A stretch of DNA of 64,000 nucleotides from Geopsychrobacteraceae bacterium (GTDB lineage: Bacteria > Desulfobacterota > Desulfuromonadia > Desulfuromonadales > Geopsychrobacteraceae): contig CAXXTB010000002.1 of NCBI GenBank assembly GCA_963676795.2, forward strand, positions 1,440,001 to 1,504,000, read 5' to 3'. The notes beneath the pieces are model-generated. The model made no database searches. It saw only the letters and a program-made list of their open reading frames with translations, and was not told the origin of the DNA. The translations under genes were made by a program, and so were the position numbers. Of the stretch, positions 40,141-50,003 are shown piece after piece (within the stretch, counting starts at the first letter, position 1; every line of letters starts with the position of its first letter).

Positions 40141-41486
40141 CGCGAAGATTTTTTTTGAAAGTCTCTTTAAGCCTTGCTTTGGTTTTAAACTTTATTTCTT
40201 TAGGCGTCTTTTCCAAAAAGACGGAAGCTGTGCAATCTGCAGCCGGAGCGCCGGCCGTATCTTCGGTTGATAATACACGTGGGAACTCAAAAGTCTATGT
40301 TGTGAGTAATGGGTCTCCTGAAGAAAATATTAAAAAAATATTGCATATGATGGGCGGAATTGGGGCGTTTATCGATAAGAATGACATCGTCGTCATCAAA
40401 CCCAATGCTCAGCGATATAACCAGGGGATGACAAACACTGACGCCATCAAGGGTTTTATTGATCTGGTCCTGGCGATAGAGGGGTTTTCCGGTGAAATCA
40501 TTATTGCCGAAAATCACCAATATCAGGACGACGCCTGTTGCGGCTGGACCACAGAAAACAGAAACGGTCAGTTTAATCTTTATGAACTTGTCGAACACTA
40601 TCAGAAAAATGGCATTGCCAACGTCACAAAGTATCACTGGCATGTCGCAGGGCCATGCACATATCCTTTGCAGGGTAATGGCCAGGGGGACCGGCGTGTA
40701 ACGGGTCCTGAACAAGGGGACGGCTACGTCTGGCTGGAAGAGTGTGCTTATCTGTCCCCCTCGGGAAGAAAATGCGTCATGACCTACCCGGTATTTACCT
40801 CGGAGTATAGCGGAATCCGGATCGATCTGAAAAATGGTGCGTGGCAGAATGGGACGTACCTCACCGATCGTAAAGTGAAATTCATCAATTTTTCAGCGTT
40901 GAATCATCATGGTCGCTATGCCGGCGTTTCGGCCAGTGTGAAAAACCTGATGGGCGTTGTTGATATGACCTGTGGTTTTCCGGGCGACTGGCTGAATGAT
41001 ACCTTCAATACGCATCATATCGGCGTTTCCAGAAAAATCCATTGGCTTCATCATGGCCATTGGCGGATTCGTAAGTACAAGGGGAGGTTGCGTTATATGT
41101 TTGAAGATTTCTGCTACAGGGATTTTCACCACACTGGCGGAGCTTTGGGCTATTTCATGGCCAATATCAGACCGCCGGATTTGAATATCATTGCCGCGGA
41201 CCTGGTCGGATGGGGAGATCGCAGAAAGCTGGAAATGGCATTTCGTCCCAAGGCTGTTTTGGCCAGCCAGGATCCGGTTGCCCTGGACTATATTGCCGCA
41301 AAGGAGATCCTCTATCCGAATACTCCCGAAGACGCCGTTGAGGTCGCGGGTGTTGCAATCAAGCAGCTGAACAATCCGGATGACAGGAATGGGCCGTTTT
41401 ATAAATTTCTCAGAGAAACGGCCAAGCATGGACCCTGGATACTTGAAAAGCATAAAATTAATGTTGTATCTGAAAAGATCTCTTGA
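40137..41486 (+). CDS. DUF362-like protein with a twin-arginine-like signal
   Basis: MTRRFFLK; VVIKPN; VKNLMG; DPVALD. Confidence 0.7.
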   Translation: MTRRFFLKVSLSLALVLNFISLGVFSKKTEAVQSAAGAPAVSSVDNTRGNSKVYVVSNGSPEENIKKILHMMGGIGAFIDKNDIVVIKPNAQRYNQGMTNTDAIKGFIDLVLAIEGFSGEIIIAENHQYQDDACCGWTTENRNGQFNLYELVEHYQKNGIANVTKYHWHVAGPCTYPLQGNGQGDRRVTGPEQGDGYVWLEECAYLSPSGRKCVMTYPVFTSEYSGIRIDLKNGAWQNGTYLTDRKVKFINFSALNHHGRYAGVSASVKNLMGVVDMTCGFPGDWLNDTFNTHHIGVSRKIHWLHHGHWRIRKYKGRLRYMFEDFCYRDFHHTGGALGYFMANIRPPDLNIIAADLVGWGDRRKLEMAFRPKAVLASQDPVALDYIAAKEILYPNTPEDAVEVAGVAIKQLNNPDDRNGPFYKFLRETAKHGPWILEKHKINVVSEKIS

Positions 41487-41507
41487 TGGGCCTGTGCTGG
41501 TGACGCT

Positions 41508-42707
41508 ATGAATCTGTTGTATATTGTTGACATGTTTCCCAGTGTTTCTCAGATCTTTATTTCGCGCGAAATAAGGGTTCTGGAAGAGTTGGGGGAAAAT
41601 GTCACTATCCTGTCCTTGCAGAAGCCATCCGCTGAGCACTGTCTCCATAGAATCAATCAAACAATCAAGGCGAAGATCTATTATTCCGAAGATTTGTCCG
41701 TCAACAAGATTAATAAAGGATTTCAACATTTATCATCCCTTGCTTCTTCGCCGCTGCGCTATTTTTCTGCCTTTCAGGCCTCCAGAAGTCCGGCCGGGCT
41801 ACCGTCGCGCACCTTTCTGTTCCGGCAGCTGCCTCTTTTTCGCGACCTTATGAAAAAGGAGCAAATCGATCACATTCACTGCCATTTCGGCTGGGTAGGG
41901 ATGCTTACCGGATGGATGCTCAATAAGTTGTCCGGTGTGCCTTTTTCAGTGACGCTCCATGGCAGTGACATCCTGGTCAGCCCTTATGAATCCCTGGGTG
42001 ATGTCCTCAAGTCTTCTGCGATGATCGTATGTGTGTCCCGACAAATTCAGGATATTGTGATCAATCGATACGGGGTGAGTGCCGATAAAACCGTAGTGAT
42101 TCGCTGCGGCATTGATCCGCAGCAATTTCAGCAGAAGGCTGCTTTTGAAGGGGACCTTAACATTCTGACAGTTGCGAGGTTGCACCCTGTAAAGGGGCTT
42201 GGTGACCTCGTCGAAGCCTGTCGCTTACTGAAAGAGCAGGGTGTCGTTTTTCACTGTACAATTGCAGGGGAGGGGGATGAGCGCCAGAAACTGGAAGAGC
42301 TGATAGATCAATATGGCCTGGCCGCGTCTGTTGATCTGCCCGGAAGCGTTGCGAACCATGAACTTCCGGGAATATTGACCCGTCATAATATCTTTGTCCT
42401 GCCTAGTCACTCGGAAGGTGTTCCTGTGAGCTTGATGGAGGCCATGGCCGTCGGTCTGCCCGTGGTCGCGACAGATGTCGGTGGTGTTGCGGAGCTTGTC
42501 CGAAAGGGAGAAAATGGTGTCCTCGTAGAACCCGGCAATCCTCTTGCACTGGCTGACGCCATTGTTCAGGTTCAGGCTATGCCGGTCAATGAAAAGCAGC
42601 GCCTTGCCCAGCGCAACAGGGCAAGGGTTGCCGAATTGTTCAATTGCCATACTGAGGGGCGCAGGCTGCGTGACGTTTTTGGTTCCCTGATAGAGGAGAA
42701 TTCATGA
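41508..42707 (+). CDS. GT4 glycosyltransferase (WcaL-like)
   Basis: FPSVSQIFI.RE, HIHCHF, HGSD and EGVPVSLMEAM motifs. Confidence 0.9.
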   Translation: MNLLYIVDMFPSVSQIFISREIRVLEELGENVTILSLQKPSAEHCLHRINQTIKAKIYYSEDLSVNKINKGFQHLSSLASSPLRYFSAFQASRSPAGLPSRTFLFRQLPLFRDLMKKEQIDHIHCHFGWVGMLTGWMLNKLSGVPFSVTLHGSDILVSPYESLGDVLKSSAMIVCVSRQIQDIVINRYGVSADKTVVIRCGIDPQQFQQKAAFEGDLNILTVARLHPVKGLGDLVEACRLLKEQGVVFHCTIAGEGDERQKLEELIDQYGLAASVDLPGSVANHELPGILTRHNIFVLPSHSEGVPVSLMEAMAVGLPVVATDVGGVAELVRKGENGVLVEPGNPLALADAIVQVQAMPVNEKQRLAQRNRARVAELFNCHTEGRRLRDVFGSLIEENS

Positions 42708-43735
42708 TGACTGCGAATTATTCGATCGACCTGATGACCATCAATGAGATTGATTTGCTCTTTGATTTTCGTAAAAGAGTTCTTCCGGACAATAGTAAAC
42801 AGGCAGATAGAAAACGGTGGCTCTGGTTGCTGAGAGACAACCCCTGCAATAATGGTGAGCTAACCACCTGGGTGCTCAGGACCAATGGGAATATCGTCGG
42901 TTCATCGAGCTGTATTCCCTGTGAATTTATTTGTTCAGGGGCTCAGCTGACGGCAGGTTTTGGTGTCGATTATTTTGTTGATGAAGGGTTCAAGGGGTTG
43001 CCTGCCTTGAAATTGCTGAAAACCAGTCAAGCCTTCGCTGGAGTTCATGTTGTTACCAACCTATCCGACTCCGCGCGAAATCTGTTCCCGAAACTGGGTT
43101 ATGTTGATCTGAGTTCTTTTTTAAACCACGCCGTAACCTATTTAAAGCCGTTGCCAGGTAAAAAGGACAGGCTTAGGTCCAAACTGAAACGTACATATTA
43201 CAGGCGTGTCAGACGAAAATACCGGGCGGCGCCTGATAGCCTTCTGGTTGACGATCAACTGCCGCCTGCCTACGCTGATTTGTGGGAACGGGTGAAGTCG
43301 ACATGCCGCATTGGGGTAAACAAAAATCTGGCCTATATGAAGTGGCGTTACGAACAATGCCCGACTGTCAAGTATCGGTTTGTCAGTCTGGTGCATGGCG
43401 CCTTGATTGAAGGACTCGCGGTTGTCACCATCAACGAGGAACAAGGACTGCGCAGGGGCGTCATTCATGACCTGATTCTTCCTGCGGATTCCCAGGTGCC
43501 CGCGCGAAAACTCCTTGCCGCAACTTTGGACCACTTCTGTGATCAGGGCTGTCAGCTTTGTGAAACTCATCTTATGGCCCCCGGGATTGCAGGAAGCCTG
43601 GAAAAAAGCGGTTTCTCCCTGACCCAAAGCCAACTGGGAATGATGGTGCATTTTGACAAGCGCAACGCTGATCTTGCCGAGATCGTCGATGGGAATGCCT
43701 GGACCTTTAGCCTTGGAGATACCGACAGGTATTAG
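42704..43735 (+). CDS. GNAT-fold protein (putative acyl/aminoacyl transferase)
   Basis: WLL..NP, D.FVD..FKG, YMKWRY...P and terminal GD.D patterns, as in EPS-locus GNAT proteins. Confidence 0.55.
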   Translation: MMTANYSIDLMTINEIDLLFDFRKRVLPDNSKQADRKRWLWLLRDNPCNNGELTTWVLRTNGNIVGSSSCIPCEFICSGAQLTAGFGVDYFVDEGFKGLPALKLLKTSQAFAGVHVVTNLSDSARNLFPKLGYVDLSSFLNHAVTYLKPLPGKKDRLRSKLKRTYYRRVRRKYRAAPDSLLVDDQLPPAYADLWERVKSTCRIGVNKNLAYMKWRYEQCPTVKYRFVSLVHGALIEGLAVVTINEEQGLRRGVIHDLILPADSQVPARKLLAATLDHFCDQGCQLCETHLMAPGIAGSLEKSGFSLTQSQLGMMVHFDKRNADLAEIVDGNAWTFSLGDTDRY

Positions 43736-44760
43736 TGATTGATATGAATATTGAACACTTTAAGGAAAGGATTCATTCATATCTGACTCGTCGTAAGGCG
43801 TTGATTCTCATCTATCACGGCGTTATTTCATCTTCTCTTGAGTTTGACATGTGGACGCAGCTGCCCTTGCCGAACTTTGAATGCCAAATGGACTATCTTA
43901 GACAGCATTTCAGGGTTATTTCCCTTCAGCAGCTGACGGAAGGGATTTCAGGAAACTCGGTTCCTGAAAATGCCGTCTGTTTGACCTTTGATGACGGCTT
44001 TGCTAATAATTACCACCATGCTTATCCTGTGCTGAAGAAATTCAACCTTCCGGCAACAATTTTTCTGGCAACAGGCCATGTTGATCAGGGAACCTTGTTT
44101 TGGCCCGAGCACCTTGCCTACTTGCTTATGAAAACAACGCGAAAAGAACTGGTGGTCAGTTTTGGTTCCTTTCCGCTGAACTCGCCGTCTTTGAAGAAGA
44201 AAGCCTTTATTTTCATACGTGATCATTTGAAAGCTCAGCATCCAAAAGAGATTGAGTTGTTTTTGCGGGATATGGAACAGGTTCTTGGCATTCAATTGAA
44301 CGCCGAGGATCCGCTTTATGCGGAATTAGGCCCGCTGAACTGGCTGCAGATTCGTGAGATGCACGATAGTGGTTTGATCAGTTTTGGCGGGCACACAGTC
44401 AATCACTGTATAATGTCGCGTTTAAATGAGGACGAGGCGCAGTCTGAAGTGTCTGGCTGCCGCGGGCATCTTGATGAAAATTTACCTCAGCGGACCAACC
44501 TCTGGGCCTATCCGAATGGAAGGTTCAGTGATTTTCTGCCGGATCATAAGGAGATGTTGCAACATCATGGTTTTGATGTGCTTCTGACCACAGAACCTGA
44601 GTATGTAACAACATGTTCTGAGATCAGTCAGCTGGGCCGGTGGGGAATAGGTGCAGATATAAAACAAGCCCATTTCAGGAGGATTGTCCATAAATGCAAT
44701 TGGCTCAGTCAGATGTCTGTATCGGAAAAGTTCGGACAAATACTCGGTAACATCTTCTAG
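43735..44760 (+). CDS. Polysaccharide deacetylase (NodB family)
   Basis: YHGV, LTFDDG, GGHTVNH and AYPNG motifs. Confidence 0.9.
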   Translation: MIDMNIEHFKERIHSYLTRRKALILIYHGVISSSLEFDMWTQLPLPNFECQMDYLRQHFRVISLQQLTEGISGNSVPENAVCLTFDDGFANNYHHAYPVLKKFNLPATIFLATGHVDQGTLFWPEHLAYLLMKTTRKELVVSFGSFPLNSPSLKKKAFIFIRDHLKAQHPKEIELFLRDMEQVLGIQLNAEDPLYAELGPLNWLQIREMHDSGLISFGGHTVNHCIMSRLNEDEAQSEVSGCRGHLDENLPQRTNLWAYPNGRFSDFLPDHKEMLQHHGFDVLLTTEPEYVTTCSEISQLGRWGIGADIKQAHFRRIVHKCNWLSQMSVSEKFGQILGNIF

Positions 44761-44797
44761 TTTGTTGCCATCCGGAAACTCCGGAGGGCAACGCGTA

Positions 44798-44940
44798 AGT
44801 TTTCAGATTGGAAACGAGTATTTTTTCGTCATGGCAAGGAAATCAAGGAGTTACGCGGAGGCGTAGTGCTTTACGCCGCACAAGTAAGTCCGTAGATTGA
44901 CGCCGCTATGGCGGAAAAGAGCCGTTTCCGGATGAAAACT
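44798..44940. mobile_element. MITE-like palindromic element, with an extra partial left end at about 44757-44780
   Basis: IRs agttttcagattggaaacg / cgtttccggatgaaaact; central hairpin ggcgta-gtgctt-tacgcc. Confidence 0.7.
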
Positions 44941-44971
44941 AGTTTGTTAATTCGTTGTAAGGGTACTCACA

Positions 44972-46579
44972 TTGGCAGCGGCTTCACATATTAAATCAAC
45001 CTTCAAGCATGCACTTATATACAGCAGTGCCGGTATTATCGGTAAGGCTATCGGCTTTATCATGCTGCCAATCTATTCCCATCATCTCCAGGCTGAAGGT
45101 TATGGGGTTATCGGGATGATCGACACCGTTTTGTCGGTCATGACATTGTTGATCGGTTACGGGATTTCCGGCGCCATGAGTCGCTTTTATTATGAAACCA
45201 ATGACGCTGAACAACGCAGAAAAATTGTATCGACGACAATTCTTCTGATGTTCGCACTGGTTCTTATAGTCACAAGCCCGGCGTTGTTGTTTTCCAAACA
45301 GGTCGCCTGGCTGGCTTTTGGCCGCTCCGACTGGCAGTCTTACATTACCCTGGCCGTACTTGCTTTTATGGCAACGATGACAGCGAAGAATGCCGAGAAT
45401 TATATCTATATTCTACAGCGGTCTTTGTTCATGTCATCGATTGCTCTGTGCCGCCTGGTGATCAGCCTGTCCCTGAATATCTACTTTATTGTCTATTTGA
45501 AGCTAGGAGTTCTTGGTTATCTGTACGCATCTTTGATTGACGGGGTACTTTATTCGGTTTTTATGCATGTCATCGCCCTGCGCTCAGTTGGCTTGTCCTT
45601 CGATAGGACTATCGCCCGTAATGTTCTCGGATTCAGCCTGCCGTTGTTGCCGGGCTACGTTGCCATGTTTGTCCGCAACAATGCAGACCGGGTGCTGTTG
45701 AGAACCTTTATGGGCTTGTCACAGGTCGGTGTCTTCGAAGTTCTCTTCAAGTTTGCCACGCTGATAGGATTTTTTGTCGTTGAACCCTTTTCCAAAATCT
45801 GGAGCGTTAAACGTTTTGAGGTCTGTGAGCAGGAAGACGGCCCGCAGATTCTGGCTCAGACCTATACCTATTACCTGGCCATACTTCTTTTTCTTGGTCT
45901 GATTCTTTCACTGGAAATTCCTCTTGTCGTCAGACTGCTGACCCCTGAAACATTCTGGATCAGTGGGTTTGTCGTCTATTTTGCGGTGATCTCACGGATA
46001 TTGTTGGCGTCTTACTATCACCTCTTTTTCGGATTGATGTATGCGAAGAAAACATTCAAGGTCTCCCAGATACAGATGTTGACGGCGGTTATCAGCCTCG
46101 GCATGACCATTCCACTGGTCTGGCAATTCGGTCTGATGGGGGCCGTGCTGGCGGCTACCGCGTCTGCGCTTATCCAATGTCTTCTGGGTTACAGAATGGC
46201 CCGACCGTACTATTATGTTCCGTTTCAGTGGAATAGTATTGTCAAGATGGCAATATTGATGACGGCTTTGTATATCCTTGGTAAGGATTTTACCGTTTCG
46301 GGGACGCCTCTGGAACTGTTTGCCAACCGACACGTGGTTCCGCTTATCGATTCGCTGGGGCAACTGCTTTATCTGGATCATGTCAAAAACGGAAAACTGA
46401 TGGCCTATTTAACCGGCAGTTTGCCAACCGTTATCGATGGTATCCTGATGTTGCTCTATTCATGTTTGTTTATAATCGGACTCATTTTTTTGAAGATCAT
46501 ACCTTCAGACAAAGTGAAGATGTTGTTCAGTATCAGAAAATTGAAAAATCCCAAAAGACTATTTGGGTCAGCCGGGTAG
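44972..46579 (+). CDS. Oligosaccharide flippase (Wzx)
   Basis: More than 12 TM helices; FIMLPIY, YGVIG and DRVLL patterns. Confidence 0.85.
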   Translation: MAAASHIKSTFKHALIYSSAGIIGKAIGFIMLPIYSHHLQAEGYGVIGMIDTVLSVMTLLIGYGISGAMSRFYYETNDAEQRRKIVSTTILLMFALVLIVTSPALLFSKQVAWLAFGRSDWQSYITLAVLAFMATMTAKNAENYIYILQRSLFMSSIALCRLVISLSLNIYFIVYLKLGVLGYLYASLIDGVLYSVFMHVIALRSVGLSFDRTIARNVLGFSLPLLPGYVAMFVRNNADRVLLRTFMGLSQVGVFEVLFKFATLIGFFVVEPFSKIWSVKRFEVCEQEDGPQILAQTYTYYLAILLFLGLILSLEIPLVVRLLTPETFWISGFVVYFAVISRILLASYYHLFFGLMYAKKTFKVSQIQMLTAVISLGMTIPLVWQFGLMGAVLAATASALIQCLLGYRMARPYYYVPFQWNSIVKMAILMTALYILGKDFTVSGTPLELFANRHVVPLIDSLGQLLYLDHVKNGKLMAYLTGSLPTVIDGILMLLYSCLFIIGLIFLKIIPSDKVKMLFSIRKLKNPKRLFGSAG

Positions 46580-46583
46580 GGTT

Positions 46584-47660
46584 ATGCCAATCAATATTCT
46601 TTATATGATAGACAGCCTGCAATACGGGGGCACTGAAAAGCAATTGTTCGAGCTGATCAATGGTCTGGACAGGTCTGAATTCTGCCCCTATGTCTGTACG
46701 CTGAAGCCGTCTGGTCGGATAGTTGATGAAATTGAAGTGCCTGTTTTGCAGCTGCCATACAAGAGCTTCTTGCACCCCTCTGTATTTCTTGTCCTGAAAA
46801 AACTCTGCGCATTTATCAGAGAAAACAATATAGATATTGTTCAAACTTTTTTTCAGGATCCCTTTCTTCTGGCCGCTTTAAGCAAACCTTTCCATAAGGC
46901 AAAGCTTGTCGGCTCTTTTCGGGACCTCGGTTTTTGGCGGACGCGGAGCGAAACGTTGAAAATGCGTCTCTCTTATCCCTTTTTCGCAGGTTTTATTGCC
47001 AATTCTCAGGCCGTTAAAAGACACTTTGTAGAGACTGATGGCATTGCCGAAGAGAAGATTAAAGTCATTTATAATGGAATAAACCTAAAGTCCGTTTCTC
47101 AATTGCCATGTAGGGACAGAGAAAGCATGCCGATAGTCGGCATCGTGGCGAATTGCAATCGCCGGGTCAAACGCGTTGATGACTTTATCAGGGCTGCTGC
47201 GCTGGTCCATAAACAATGGCCAGATGTCAGGTTTCAGGTTGTTGGAGATGGAAATTTAAGACCAGAACTAGAGACGCTGTGTGCCACTTTGGGTATTCGT
47301 GAGTACGTTGAATTTGTTGGAAATGTGCCAAATCCACTCGATTACATCAGGCAATTCACAGTAGGGGTGATAACGTCTGAAACAGAAGGATTCTGTAATG
47401 CCATCCTGGAGTACATGGCTTGTGGTGTGCCCGTTGTAGCGACAAATACTGGTGGTAATCCTGAGCTTGTTGAGGATGAAGAAAACGGATTTCTTGTTGA
47501 TATGGGTAATGTTGATCTTCTCTGTTCCAGGATTATAGAGTTGCTTAGCGATGATATGATGAAGAGTGATTTTAGTGTCAAAAGTTTAAATAAAGTGCGC
47601 GAGCAATTGTCAATTGAAAATTTAGTAAATGAAACTAAGTGTTTATATGAAAAGATATAA
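46584..47660 (+). CDS. GT4 glycosyltransferase
   Basis: GGTE, ANS.AV and EGFCNAILEYM motifs. Confidence 0.9.
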   Translation: MPINILYMIDSLQYGGTEKQLFELINGLDRSEFCPYVCTLKPSGRIVDEIEVPVLQLPYKSFLHPSVFLVLKKLCAFIRENNIDIVQTFFQDPFLLAALSKPFHKAKLVGSFRDLGFWRTRSETLKMRLSYPFFAGFIANSQAVKRHFVETDGIAEEKIKVIYNGINLKSVSQLPCRDRESMPIVGIVANCNRRVKRVDDFIRAAALVHKQWPDVRFQVVGDGNLRPELETLCATLGIREYVEFVGNVPNPLDYIRQFTVGVITSETEGFCNAILEYMACGVPVVATNTGGNPELVEDEENGFLVDMGNVDLLCSRIIELLSDDMMKSDFSVKSLNKVREQLSIENLVNETKCLYEKI

Positions 47661-48822
47661 CATAATAAATTTTGGATATAACCCTTGGAGTAATTTCTGG
47701 AAGAGAAATCAGACAATATTCTGCTATTTGTCGAAGGAACGTTTTGTTGATAAATCATACTTTATTAACCAGCCAGTATGGTTATTTGATATTTTTAGGG
47801 ATCCCTTTGGTGAGTTAAAGCGTCCCAAGTTGAATAACTGGTCTAGTGTTTTTCCGAGAAAAACAAAATATTTCAATGGTAAGGTATTTACCCCGCTTAA
47901 TCTGCCTTTGAAAGATTCTTTTTATCCCATTACAAAAATTAATGGTTTTTTGCTTGCTTCCATAGCAAGAAAGATTTCTTCAACACATAACATTTGTTTA
48001 ATCAACACTCCGAGTAAATTTCCTCTTGATTTTATTAAAAAGTACATTTTTTCAGATCTCATTATCTTCGATTGGTCTGATGATTTTGAAAAATTCACCA
48101 GTGATAGCAGTCAAAGGCATGCAATCAGGAGTGTCGTGGAAAACAATATCCGCAGTGCAGATATTGTACTTTGTGTTAATGATAGCCTACTTGAGAGGGC
48201 TAAACAAATTAATGAAAATAGCTATTTGATAAAAAATGCAACAAATTATTTTGAATTTAGTGATGCCGTAGACAGTAAAAATATTTTTGAATCACTGGAT
48301 GGCCCGATCATCGGTTATTTCGGTTGGATAAATGAAGAACGACTTGATCTTGATCTTCTGGAGTATCTGGCCAAGGTTCATAGTGATTGCAATTTTGTAT
48401 TTGTGGGGCCTAAAAGTCATAAAGGGGCTCTTGATATATTAACCGACAAATTCAGAAATATTCGTATATTTCCACCTGTTTCTTACTCGAAGACTCCCCA
48501 GGTTATATCGCGCTTCGACGTGTGTATCCTTCCAAATAAGATCAATGAGCATACATCTGGGAATGACCCTATAAAATTGTTTGACTACCTGGCGAGTGGC
48601 AAACCTGTCGTCAGTACACGCACTGCCGGCACTGAATACCTGCTTAACAGTATCTATATCGCAGACACTCACACTCAATTTTCCGAGCACATTTCAAGAT
48701 CGCTTGATGAAAGTGGTGCGGGTGAAAGCCGAATTATGATCGCCAAAGAAAACAGCTGGAGGAAGAGATATCTAGATGTGTCTAAAATCATTAAATCTGA
48801 ATTAGGTAAATCAAATGCGTAA
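47647..48822 (+). CDS. GT4-like glycosyltransferase (TuaH-like)
   Basis: FDWSDD, IIGYFG and PIKLFDYLASGKPVV motifs. Confidence 0.85.
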   Translation: MKRYNIINFGYNPWSNFWKRNQTIFCYLSKERFVDKSYFINQPVWLFDIFRDPFGELKRPKLNNWSSVFPRKTKYFNGKVFTPLNLPLKDSFYPITKINGFLLASIARKISSTHNICLINTPSKFPLDFIKKYIFSDLIIFDWSDDFEKFTSDSSQRHAIRSVVENNIRSADIVLCVNDSLLERAKQINENSYLIKNATNYFEFSDAVDSKNIFESLDGPIIGYFGWINEERLDLDLLEYLAKVHSDCNFVFVGPKSHKGALDILTDKFRNIRIFPPVSYSKTPQVISRFDVCILPNKINEHTSGNDPIKLFDYLASGKPVVSTRTAGTEYLLNSIYIADTHTQFSEHISRSLDESGAGESRIMIAKENSWRKRYLDVSKIIKSELGKSNA

Positions 48823-50002
48823 AGAGATAAGGGTGTTACATTGTATTCTCGAATTTTATCCAGTCTTTACCGGGCATGGTTTGTATCTGACTCAGTTGTT
48901 CAAATTTTTGGATAAGGGTGTAAAAAATTCCATATTGTCTTTGAGTTTTAATAAGTATATCTCCTATGAAAAATTCAACGACATAGACATATATAGAGTG
49001 CCGTTTTCCCCTGGTGGCAAGTTCTCAGACATGCGGCAGTCACTTGCCCTTCTGTTATCACTGTTTAAGTATCGCCATACATTCGATGTTCTGCATTTGC
49101 ACGGGCACGTTGACCTCTATGGACTGATAGCGCTGTTTTGTAAGCTATACAATAAAAAGATTGTCATGCAGATGGTCCTTATGGGGTCAGACGATCCGTT
49201 GACAATTAAAAAATCCTACAAACTGATGTGGGCAAGATTTCCACTGTTTAAACTTATGGATAAGTTTATCTGTATTTCCAGTCCTTTGGTTCAGGCCTGC
49301 CTCGATGCGGGCATTCCTGAGAACAAAGTGATTTTGATACCTCAGGGTGTTAACAATTTGAAATTTTCTCCACCGACCCTTGATGAAAGATCGCGTCTGA
49401 GAAGAGACTTTGGTTTCACTGATGAAGATCGGATTGTAACTTTTGTCGGAGCTATCATTGAAAGGAAGGGGGTCGACGTACTTGTTGATGCTTGGAAAGA
49501 GATTCAGTCCAGGGTCGATAATGCTGTATTGCTGCTGGTTGGCCCCTATGAATTTGGCGATGAAGACAAGAATTGTTCGACACTCTCGGTTTATGTTGAG
49601 AGTATCATTGGCAAGATCAGAAAGGACGATCTTAAGGTTGTTCTTGTCGGGAGGAGCGACCAGGTTGATCTTCTGCTGAAAATGTCAGATGTCTTTGTTC
49701 TTCCTTCTCGTAAGGAGGGCTTTGGAAATGTAATTCTAGAAGCAATGGCTTGCGGTGTTCCTCCTGTGGTTACTTATATGGACGGTGTCGCTTTAGAAAC
49801 TGTCGAAAATGGCTTCAATGGCTACATAGTCAGTGGAGAAAGTGATCTGTCCGATAAAGTTTCCTTATTGTTAAGCGATAAATGCACTTATTCAAAAATG
49901 TCAAAAAATTCAATTGCAAAGGTTGATAAAGAATTCAGTATGACTGTTATTGCACCTAAGTACAGTGATGTTTATGACACTTTGATGGGAGGTGGGGACT
50001 GA
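48815..50002 (+). CDS. GT4 glycosyltransferase
   Basis: RKGVD and EGFGNVILEAM motifs. Confidence 0.9.
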   Translation: MRKEIRVLHCILEFYPVFTGHGLYLTQLFKFLDKGVKNSILSLSFNKYISYEKFNDIDIYRVPFSPGGKFSDMRQSLALLLSLFKYRHTFDVLHLHGHVDLYGLIALFCKLYNKKIVMQMVLMGSDDPLTIKKSYKLMWARFPLFKLMDKFICISSPLVQACLDAGIPENKVILIPQGVNNLKFSPPTLDERSRLRRDFGFTDEDRIVTFVGAIIERKGVDVLVDAWKEIQSRVDNAVLLLVGPYEFGDEDKNCSTLSVYVESIIGKIRKDDLKVVLVGRSDQVDLLLKMSDVFVLPSRKEGFGNVILEAMACGVPPVVTYMDGVALETVENGFNGYIVSGESDLSDKVSLLLSDKCTYSKMSKNSIAKVDKEFSMTVIAPKYSDVYDTLMGGGD

Positions 50003-50003
50003 A

